From positions 434,001 to 498,000 of the forward strand of contig JAYWIR010000005.1 in assembly GCA_036172245.1 (NCBI GenBank): DNA of 64,000 nucleotides, given 5' to 3'. Positions 25,325-35,762 of the stretch are shown piece by piece. This DNA comes from Raillietiella orientalis. Its lineage: Eukaryota. The number at the start of each line of letters is the position of its first letter. Position 1 is the first letter of the stretch. The notes under the pieces are model-generated. The model had not been told where the DNA came from. It made no database searches and was given only the letters and a program-made list of their open reading frames with translations. Position numbers and translations under genes: made by a program.

Positions 25325-26760
25325 GGTTCACCACGGCAGCAGAGGGGAAGGAGCAAACAAAAAAAGCAGAATTAAAATAAAACCATTTTGGAGGGGGAGG
25401 GGGAGAATCAAGGCCCGCTTAAAACGTTTATTTAAATAAAAATACACATTTAAACATTGGCACGTTCACGTGTGCTTTATCAGGAACCTGCTGGATTACA
25501 GGTTCGCAGACCGGTGAGGTCCGCCACGGCAGCAGAGGGGAAGGGGCAAGCAAAAACAAGGAAAAGAAACTATTTTTTGTTTCTTTTCTTAAACAAACTT
25601 GGGGATGAGTGGGGTACGGGATCATTGTCTTCTGGGGGCGGTCCTATGCATCCTTTGAAGGATGCCGGCAAGGTCTTTCTGGATTTTGTTGTCCACGTAA
25701 GGCCATCTTGTTGCCATCCTCATGAAGCCAGCGGCGAAGGCATCCCTATCGCAGGGTCTTCCTCTTGCATCGCTCCATGCAGCGACAATCCTGCTTAGGC
25801 AGCAGAGAGGTGCTAGGGATGCGGCCGCGTAGGAGGAGGGGCCTTAAAGCGTCCCTGGAGTTGCCGCCGGGGGGCTCCCAGGGCCGCGGCGAAGCGTTCA
25901 TAGAGGGACCGGAGGGCGGACAACAGAATCCACAAGTAGGTGTGGGAGCTGATATTTGCTCTCCTCGCACCACCACAGTTGGGGCCCACACTCCCTCGTG
26001 TCCAGTGATGCCGGCGGGCATTACGCGGGAGACCCCAGTGCAGCAGCATCAATGCCTACTCCTGCTACTTTAAGGGGAGGGTATGGGTATCCATAAGCAC
26101 TGGAGGCTGCTTCAGATGTTCCAACGGAACATCCAGTAGCTCTCCCAGCACAAAAGTCCACGGGTTGATGTACTCGGGGTCATAGCGTCGGTGAGCTGTC
26201 CCGTCTTTCATTCGCCCAGTCCTTTCTCCCTATGGAGATTTTCACGTTATTTTCCCAATTCGCCGCAATGCTGCTGCCCAGATGTTCCCTGAAGGAGGGT
26301 AGCTCTGCGGCGAGGGAGGTTCTTCCTGCCCACGCTCTTCCGGAATCCTCCAGGATCTCTTGGAGCATGCAGTTGCGGTTGAGCGCGTACAGGAAACGTC
26401 GCACCTGTTCCGCGCTTGGCCCCTGGATCCTCGCCTACGTGAGAACGGTTCCCTGCAACCAGGCACTACCGTTCGTGGGGCAGCACGAGATCCATCCGTT
26501 TTTGCTCACCAGTGGCCACCTGCCGAAGGTGCAGTCTGCAGTGGATGAGACTGCATCGAGGGCATGCAAGAAAAGACGCGAGCTCCACGCTACCGGTGGC
26601 TTGCTGGATGAGGAGGCGTGCAGGTTGGCACCAGGTAGTGCTCCACAACTTCGCCACGAGGGCAAGTATCCGGAACTGGAACTGAAGCTTCATTCGCCCC
26701 AGAGTCAGGAGGTGGCGAAGGCCACCGTTCCGAAGAGGAGCGCACAAGTCCTTCAGGCGG
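25325..26760 (-). mobile_element. Longest L1/Tx1-type LINE 3' fragment, plus an extra UTR piece at 25325-25400
   Basis: CAPLRNGGL...RILALVAKLWSTTWCQPARLLIQQAT matches 20330-20480 (+). Continues through the zf region, FMRMATRWPYV and a 3' UTR with AATAAA near 25427-25432. Confidence 0.75.
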
Positions 26761-27019
26761 ACCCACTAATAATAATCGCCCTAAAGGACGATCCTAAGGA
26801 GGTCCTTCGTCCTCTTCCTGATACTTTCACGCAGGAAGAGGAGGACAGCTACGAACTTGTTCCACACAGTCGCCACCTCGGCAGGTAGGCAAGCCGTGGT
26901 GGAGCCAGGAAGTTTACGGATGCAAGGGCTGCTTGCCATCTGTGGAGCGTCTTTCTATCCTCTCTGGGTTTCATTATCGTCCGTTCGCAGGCGACTCTCG
27001 AAAGCTCCCCTTCCCCGCT

Positions 27020-27310
27020 GCTAGGCGAACGCAGGTACGGTGGCCGCAGGAGACAAATGGATTGTCACGGGCCCACTTCCCGTTCTACGTAGTGTGACCT
27101 TGGGGCCTCCTTCTTGTACCCGACCGAAAGTTGCAACACCGAAAGCTGCGCGGGTGCTCCTCTCGAAGAACCACCTCGTCCGCCCTCGTTGCTCTATCCC
27201 CGAATCCCTCTTCCAGCGGTCGCGGTGCGCCCTTGTCGGGTTCTGATCAGGACGGCAGGTTGGGGCTTGACTACACCAGTCCAGTGGAGCCTTTTGGGGA
27301 TGTGTCGACA
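27020..27310 (-). mobile_element. Possible internal LINE ORF2 remnant
   Basis: EQRGRTRWFFERSTRAAF loosely resembles the L1/Tx1 RSR..W...GE..T.YF motif; adjacent to the LINE nest. Confidence 0.35.
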
Positions 27311-29261
27311 CGAACAGTCATTCGAGGGAGAGCTCTGGATGAGGGAAACAGAAGGAGGGATGATCTTCGCTTTTGCTCTTGCCTCTTTCCGCAGTTCACC
27401 GCCATCTTGCATTCTTTGGGAGTACGATTCCTGGGCTAAGGAGAAACCCGTCCGGCCACCGCCAGGAGATCTGGGAAGATCATTGATCCTCTGGAATAAG
27501 CCGACAAAGCTCGGTCTCTAACTCAGAGTTCACGGATAGCTCCGTGCCCTACATTCCCAACTGGAAGCAGCAGACACCAAATGTGAAACCTGATGACGCG
27601 CTTCTCATCATGCTTCATGCAATGCTCCAAGGAATTTCAGTTATGGTCAGTTTTAGAATAGGGATAGCAAGGCAGTTCCAGGCACAAATTGATCCTTGCA
27701 TCATACTGAGAATGAAAAAAAAAAAAAATTTGTCAGAAGTTCGATCATTTATTTCAGACACCTCTGTTGCATCGCTAACACATACTAGAAGTACCAAGGA
27801 AAAATAAAAACACTGAAAGGACTGCACCTTTTCATTTGCGTTTTATAACTTATGCTGAAGCACGATGCATTTCTCCGTGAAAATCCCTAAGATGAATCCC
27901 ATTATGGCATGAAAACTTTCCAGATTCTCTACTTATTTACACTGCATCTACGCGAGAGAATGAGATCCATTCATACGAAACGCTTGCCGCCTATCCCTGC
28001 AAGCTCAGTCTGTCAGCAGTACCTCTTCAAAGAACATTAGAGATTAAAAACAAAGCAGTTTAGAAAATAAACAGGAAAATTCCCGTTACGTGGCGATTTG
28101 TAATCATTAAGCCAGGATTGCACACGTAAATGGGGGAAATCGAAATTGCACATTAAGAGAATTAAGAGCCTATCCGCACTTCTCGGAGTGGATGGTCTGA
28201 TCCCTTGCGTGGTTTCCTTGTCTTTGATTTATCCCTCGGATGCACGCAAGATCTTTCGACGTACCGCCACTTTTTGTTCTCGATCTGGTTTGCAGCTGCA
28301 AGTCGGACTCTTGGTGGATGCTGAAACGCTCGTTAAAAGGCATTACAGACTGAATACTTCTCCATATCGGAAAATTATCCCGTCTCGAAATGTAAATCGT
28401 AATCCGAATGGCTATTGATTGACTGTTGAGATGACAAACGCTGCCCCGTGCTCAGTTGAACAAGATAACGTGAAATGAGAAGATCAGCACTGCTGGATGC
28501 ACTGCCTAGGCTAATAGGATTGCATGTGCCTCTGCTTGCTCTCCTTCTCGGGTAAACTTCTTCCTTCTGATGGTAAACTTATGTAAATTCACCCATGGGA
28601 TATACGGTCCTCAGATCTTGGATTCTGGAAACCGCTCTGGAAACGGAAATCCCATCGCTCAGGAAGTGCACATTGAGTTTATCTGGCATTTCTTCTGCAG
28701 AAGAAATGCAGATTAACGATAGATTCGTTGTGTTTACCGACTAAACACTGACATTTTAGACACAGACCAAGCTGGACTTGTGCTGATCTTGGAATTTGCG
28801 AGGTGTCTGCGATTGAATCATGTAAGACGCACTTGTGGTCATTGCTTACAACGTATCATACAACTTACAAAAGTATCCACTTATTTATCAGCAGCATCCC
28901 AGTATGAAAGCTCGTTGCTGTCAATAAACGAACATCAATGTGATCTTTGCACTTGTTATCTATGAACTCTAGTGAACTTCCTCTCATGGAAGTAGCTTTG
29001 GAGTGGTGGCTCCTGTATCCAATCTGGCCACAAAAATCGGAATGGGGGGACCCATTCGTTGCTTGCACTCGTGAATACACAGCCTTTTCGACAATTCAGT
29101 TTTGCATTGCGCCACTTTTGTACACAGCCTGATTGATAAGCTCTCCTGAATGCATAACAAAACGCGAAAGGTGAGCCGAGTCTTTTACATGAGTAAAATT
29201 TTACGGAAAAAGATAGATATACAGTCTTTACACTCGTAAAACTTTCTGCGTCGGAGGACGT

Positions 29262-30000
29262 GTCGTTACGGTGGTCTCCGCGCGTGGCACCACGCGTCGT
29301 GGGTTCGAATACTCCGGAAGGAATCGAAGCAGTGAGTGGTGGGTCCCGAGTTCATCCCACAAGATGACCTGGTTGGCCTGCATTCATCCGGGTATGGCAC
29401 TGGTAGCTGTTAAAACCGGATGCCCCCGATGAGGGCTGGGACAAATGGGAGTCGACCTCCGGGTCCTTCCAGGAATCACGGAGTGGGAGCTCCCCTCCGG
29501 TTGTGAAGGAGCGGACTCCCCATTCTGGGGGGACCCTCCGCGTCGTACTGATGGAGTAGGTGTGTTGCCACCACCTCTCCAGAGAGTGCAGAGAAGCGAG
29601 TCGATCCCTTCAGAGAAGCTGCGTCCTTCTGAATTTCGGAAGCGTCCCTTCCGGGTTCTCTTCAGAGGAGTAAAACAGGAGCGGATCCTTTGAGGGGGAT
29701 CCCTCCGGAGAAGAAATTCCAAGATCGGATGCTTTCCGAGTTCCCTTCAGAGAAGAAGGAATAAGAGCGGATTCCCCCAAAGGTCCTCCGGAGAGAATAA
29801 GGAAGGAGGTTCCCTTCTAGATTTTCCTTCGGAGACAAACAGGGTGGAGGTGATTTCCATTTCCGGGGATCCCTCCCCAGGTGTGAGAGAAAAGGATACT
29901 CCGAGTCCTTCTTGGATTCATAGGGCGGACCCCTCCAGGCGTACCCCCTATCTTAAAAAATTACCCACCTTCGGGTGGCGTGGAACCGTGTCGAAGAACT
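29262..30000 (+). mobile_element. tRNA-derived SINE-like element, copy 2 (lacks the 3' tail)
   Basis: gtcgt...gtggt head, cgcgtg-gcac-cacgcg stem, B-box GGTTCGAATAC at 29302-29312, and a hairpin array collinear with copy 3. Confidence 0.8.
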
Positions 30001-30074
30001 GCGAAGACAGAAAAGAAGGATTTCCATCATTTTCTTCTTCTTTACAGCACTCGATGAAATCAATATTTACACAA

Positions 30075-30245
30075 ATCTATCTATATAAATATATATTTAC
30101 ACACATGCACACAAATCTATCTATCTATCTATCTATCTATCCATCCATCCATCCATCTATCCATCTATCTACCTACCTACCTATCTATATCTATCTATCT
30201 ATCCATCTATCTACCTACCTATCTATATCTATCTATCTATCTATA
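30075..30245. repeat. Compound (ATCT/ATCC/ACCT)n microsatellite
   Basis: Direct reading: atctatctatctatccatccatcc...acctacct. Confidence 0.9.
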
Positions 30246-30624
30246 CACGTACACATATGCATTGCCTTGACTGAAATCTGAATCTTCTTTTAAACTTTAT
30301 TTCCTTGAAAAAGTCGTGATATACCTCCGTCCATTTCCTCTAGGTTTTACCTGTCATTTGTCTTTTATTTTAAGCATTTCTTATGTGGGCTGTGTGAATG
30401 CGGCAACCCATGTGTGCCAACGGGCGTTTCGCCCCGCGTGTCGAGATGGGAGGCAGGCGATGCACCAGGAAACGTGGCTGCTCTCGGTTACCCAGAGCCG
30501 ATATCACGGTGACGCATGCAGGATGGTGGCGTAGTGACCCTCTGTTTCCCGTTATCAGTGATGGGGGAATATGATGATGTAAAATCGAGGAATGTGTGGG
30601 GCACCAAACGTAGGTTCAGATAGC

Positions 30625-32088
30625 ATGGAACCCGTGCCCTCCAGCAGTCAATCAGAGAGCAGCTCCTCGGGAGTAAGCATGCCAATCTTCTCTTTTCCCA
30701 AAGAGTCATTGATAAAGGCAGCATGCCTGATTGTTTTGACTTTGATGACTTCCACAACGATTTTGACTGTGCGCTATTCACGGAAAACAGCAGAAAACAA
30801 CTATTTAACAACCACAGCAGTCCTGTGTACAGAAATTCTTAAATTGATTCTTGCCTTTATACTTTTATTTCTTAACCAAGGTAAAGATGGAAACTTCTTG
30901 GGTTATGAATCCTTTTTCTTTTATGTGTGTGCTTTTCGTTTTTCGCCTACCATGTCGCTGAAAGCCTTAAAGTTAGCTTTCAATTCAGCTGCACAGCATG
31001 AAATTGTTCTCCAATCCATACCACTGCAGTTTTCAAGATACTTTCTCAATCACCGAATTTGTATAGATTTCAATCACTTTATTAGTAACTTATTTCAATG
31101 GACACTATTAGTAACTGTCCATTATGCCTGTACCTCTTTTTCCTTCAGAGTACAGCGTGAAGAAAGCAAGCAAAATTTTCAAGACTGAAATAATTGATAA
31201 ACCATTGGAGACTGCAAAGCTGCTTATACCAAGCAGCTTATATACCATACAAAATAACTTACTTTATGTTGCTTTGACCAATTTGGATGCTGCTGTTTAT
31301 CAGGTAAAATTTGTATGTCAGTACTATAATCATCTGTTATACAGATTACCTATCAACTTAAAATTCTAACCACAGCTGTGGTTTCTTTGCTGCTATTGAA
31401 TAAGCAACTCCATTGTCATCAGTGGATTGCAATGTGTTTACTTATGGCAGGAGTCAGTCTTGTGCAGCTTTCAGTGCAAACAGAAACATCTTCCCATAGT
31501 TTTCAGCAAAACTATTCCCTTGGATTAACTTGTGTGCTATTGGCATCATTATCAAGTGCATTTGCTGGAGTGTATTTTGAAAGACTAGTCAAAATGGGTA
31601 CTGCAGAATCCTCAAATTTAGCAGTCCGTAATCTGCAGCTTGGCAAGTGAAAAAACAAAGTTGAAGGTAGATTTTTGATTCCAGGTCTCAGTGCTACCAT
31701 GTTCTCAGCTCTAGGTCTGTTGTTCTACGAATGGGATGCTGTTCAAAGTAACCAAGTTTTTCAGGGCTTTAGTGATATAACATGGGTTGTCATTTTGTTA
31801 CAAGCTGTAGGTGGATTAGTGGTGGCTGCAACCATCAAGTATGCAGACAATATTTTGAAGGGGTTTGCAACCTCAATCTCCATTATTCTGTCAAGTCTTT
31901 GCTCTTATTTTCTTCTGAGGGATTTGGAGATTTCTGGAAATTTTTTGTTTGGAGCATCTGTTGTTCTCTTTGCTTCCATGCTGTACTCCTGTAACCCCTT
32001 CTCAGCTTCCAAATCTAGTCATGTGCTAGTTGTAAGTGCGCCTGTTCAAGATTCATCACAAGCAGGGAAACGTTCAAAGCCAGAATAG
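30625..32088 (+). CDS. SLC35A3: UDP-N-acetylglucosamine/UDP-galactose transporter (SLC35A family); exons 30625-30880, 31149-31303, 31345-31642, 31685-32088
   Basis: Family motifs [61 protein letters not shown] and GGLVVAATIKYADNILKGFATSISIILS. Introns are 268, 41 and 42 nt. A3 versus A2 assignment is by recalled motif similarity. Confidence 0.9.
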
Positions 32089-34781
32089 ATTTATTTGTTG
32101 AGCAGTTGATTCAATGTAAGCTGCATTTTAGGAAGGTTTGTATTATCTTGAAAGCAAAATTCAGTATTTAGTACAACATTACGTCTGCTTCCTTAAAACA
32201 GAGGCATTTGTTGGCTTTAGTTGGCAATCAAACTTTAAGAAAGAAATCTTGTAGAAGTATCTGATACTAATATGTAATAAAAGGAAGTGTGGTAGTTAGT
32301 AGTAAGCTGAAATCATCATTTCATGTTTTCTTTTGCACTCATTAAAAGACATATCACCAACTTGTTCTTTGGCCGAGTTAATCCTCTACGAGGTATCCTT
32401 TTTCCGTCGATGAAGAGATTTTCCCATGCATTTTGTATCCTTATAATTAGAAAACAGGACCAAACAGGGAAAACGTGGAAAGTCATTCGGGTTTTCAGAG
32501 TTAACATTGAGATTCTGGTTCTGTTGCTCCATGGGGCTGCAATCGTATATATTTTTATTTTTAACCAAATCTCACGTTCCTGGAGGTTTCCAAGGTGTTC
32601 TGGATTAATCGGAGGATTCCAGGCAGCTTAGTTTGTTGCCGCAGTTGGTGCTATCTGCCAGGTGCACCAGTGCTCGCAAATCTGGAGAATCTCTGTGCAT
32701 AGCGATACACCCGTTTTTGCGGGCTACGACCAGGTATGCCACACTTGGGAACCGAGCGGCTGCGGAAGATCTTCGCTCCTGCGGAGCAGCGATGCAACAA
32801 GTGGGTCATGAACGAAACCGATTAAAGAAGTGGAAGCTGGAGGAGGCTTATTAGTTTCCCTTTCTCAAGTACCACGTCTCAGCGATCCTGGATTTTTGAA
32901 GGGAAAGGAAATCGACAGGGCGACCGGAGGGTCAGCCAAGCTGCTGCAACAAGAACGAGCGCCTTCCGAGGAGGTTTCGAAAGAAGTTTTCGAAATGTGC
33001 TTTTCAGGCTTTTCCATGCGTGCTAAGGGGCGCACGTACAACCGGGAACCACTGTGAAGCCTCCAAGCGTGATGTTCGATAAATTCATGGAAATTATTTG
33101 GGAAGGATGCAGATGGTGTGCTAGGGGAAGATTTGATATGAGGGGAGGGAGGAATCGCTCGACCTCCTGTCCAGCAGCCGGTCCAACTGTGGCGTCCGCA
33201 GCCCGAATGGTGGTACCTTCTGATGGGTCCGCGATACACACGTGCTTGCGGTTAGAATGGGGCCCATCCTATGCACGGCGCACCTCTTGCAAGCCAAGAG
33301 CGGTCGCGGTTCCGCTTCTGAAGTTTTGCGATTTTGAAATGCCGACATGCTTTGAGATGCGCCAGGGTTTTCGAGATTTGTCTGAGCCTTATCCATCCTC
33401 ACGGTGTGCTCCGTAAATGGGTGAGGGAGGGAAACACTGGCTTGGTTTGATTGTCACGCTGCGGCGGCTGATCAGATCCCTACAGGGCTGGTTCCAGAGG
33501 GACAGAAGCGTGAGGGGCATGCTGAAGTTGCCGGTGGCGCTCAGCAAGGAGTGATGCACACTCATGGGATAAAAAAGAAAAAAAAAAAAAAAACCTTGCT
33601 TCTCGTTTAGTACATCGTAAAAGTAGATGGAGTTTTCGCATCGTCAGCCAAGGTTAGCACGGCGAACAAATCCGCTCTTCAGGAAAAATTGCCGGGTTGC
33701 CTTCTCTTCATAGCGAATCACCGCCGAAAGAGAACGAGCCCAGGACAATCTGGAATGTTCACATCTAGAATTCGTTTGTTAATCTGAAAAATTGCTGAGC
33801 AGAAAAGGCGTAGGACCGTCGCAGACCTTTGGCTGGTAACGTCCTTTCTGTGCTGGCTGTCCCACGATGAGGGAACTTCTGCCCCGCTCTAAACAGCGAA
33901 TTGAGTGGAGGCGGCGACTTGCAGCATTGGTAAGTTTGGACGCCTCCCTTCACAGGCAAAATTGGCTTTATTTCGTGAGTGGAATTTTTCCTTCTCGTGC
34001 TCACAACTGCAAAAGTGCATCATCCGTGTGGCGGGACGGATGAACTAAGCTTCATTCATGAGCACGCTAAGCTTTGTCCCTCTTGGATGTGTGGCGGTGG
34101 TTGGCTATGCGAATGTAAGCACGGTGATCCGGCAATCTCTCGTCATTGATTTGGAAACAAGAACTTAGAAGCCTAAAGACTCATGAGCGGACCCTAAGGA
34201 AAGCACAAGCACGTGCCCACGACGTGCTGGTGCAATTCCATACTTCAGTTTCCGTCCGCGGTGTTTACGTACAACACGAGAGCCCGGCTGTATCGCTGAC
34301 AAACATGCACACTTTGGTAGTTGTCTCTGGGTAGCTGCTCTCTCTCCTGAGAAGTCCCAGGGCTTATCTCGGGCTTTCTTCTTCTGAAGAAAATTTTTCA
34401 TGGATTGGTTGTAAAGCTGATGTTAACTCGTGTGCTCCATTAATAACGGAAGTGCCATTCAGAGCTGCTCGGCAAGTCTGAATGGCACTTCCGTCATTAA
34501 CATCGATAGATCGTAAAGAGGACGGGAGCCATGCAGGAATGTCCCGCAGAGGGCGTCTGGGATCGGCTCGATTTCGTCCGATGACGTGAAGTGTCAACAG
34601 AATCTCGCTTCCACATTCCTTTTGTTTAGTCTTTCTTTTTTTTCCTTTTTACTTTGTGTTTCGCGTCGCAATCACTTCTTCCTCCTTGTCATGCTTTTCT
34701 CGATCTCTTGGATTTGCTACACAAAAATTATCCGTGGATGCCGCATCCCTTGCTGACTTTTGGATTCACTCTCCTCCAGCT

Positions 34782-35762
34782 CCTCCTTTCTTCTTGCCCG
34801 CGTCGTAGGCTTTGTGGTTAAGGCTTCCGCGCGTGGCACCATGCGTCGCGGGATCGAATACTTCGGCAGATAACTGACGCCACTGCGTCGTTTGGGTTCC
34901 GAGTTTCTCCTGCAACGGCGCCGGTTGGCCGAGACATTCGGGCGTGGCCCCGGCGGTGGATAAAGCCGGAGGCCTCCCGATGAAGGCCGGAACAATGGGA
35001 GTCGACCTTCGGGTCCTCCCAGGAATCAAGGAGTGGGGAGTTCCCCCTCCTGTCGTGCAACGGAGAGTGGACCCCCCCCATCACCGGGGGACCGCCTCCG
35101 GTTTCAAGATGGAGCAGGAGCCCTCACGGGCACCTCTCCAGTTGTTCAAAGGAGCGGACCCCCCCTGTTGCGAGGGGGACCCTCCGAGTCGTCGCACTCT
35201 TCACAGAGTGTAGAAGGAAGCAAGCGAGAGCGATTCCCTGTGGGAAACTGCAGCGCCCCTTCTGAGTTTCCGAAGCGTCCCTTCGGGGTTCTCTTCAGAG
35301 GAGTGAGCAGGAGCGGTTCCCTTGCGAATTCCCTCCGGAGAAGAAATTCCTACAAGCGGATCCTTTCCGGGTTTCCTTCGGAGAAGTTGAAATGGAGAGG
35401 ACCACCCCCCTAATGGGGGGTGTCCCTCCGGAGAGAATGAGGAAGGAGATTCCCTTCGCGGTTCCCCTTCGGAGACAACCAAGGTGGGAGGTGCGATCCC
35501 CCTTGTCCGGGGAGGATCCCTCCCCAAGCGTGAGAGGAACGGACTCCGAGCCCTTCCTGGATTCATAGGGCGGACCCCATCCCGGGTGTCCCCTATCCTG
35601 AAGAATTACACTGAAGAATTACACGCCCCCCTGCGGGGGGAGTGTAAGGAGTCCTTGCCGCGGGTGGAGAGGCGTGGAAACTAAACAGCGTGTTTAAAGA
35701 GCCACGTGCACCGCGAGGCACGTGACCGGCTCTGAGGTACTTAGCGAACCAAAAAAAAGAAA
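34782..35762 (+). mobile_element. tRNA-derived SINE-like element, copy 3 (apparently full length, about 980 bp, A-tail, 14-bp TSD)
   Basis: A-box-like GTGGTTAAGG (34814), B-box-like GGATCGAATAC (34851), 3' GTACTTAGCGAACC(A)8, flanked by the direct repeat ACTCTCCTCCAGCT at 34768-34781 and 35763-35776. Confidence 0.88.

Noticed and set aside
34802..34870. tRNA gene (also at 11560-11605 and 29262-29318)
   Set aside because: Only A/B-box-like motifs and one stem; no complete cloverleaf, and each is followed by the same long body, so these are SINE heads.
34960..35000. Hammerhead ribozyme or retrozyme in the SINE (ccgatga...)
   Set aside because: Reads CCGATGA rather than CTGANGA, and there is no GAAA core after a stem II; the motif is a hairpin loop.
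34996..35650. CRISPR array or bacterial CsrB-like sRNA
   Set aside because: Eukaryotic context, non-identical repeats, no unique spacers and no cas genes; the element has SINE hallmarks.
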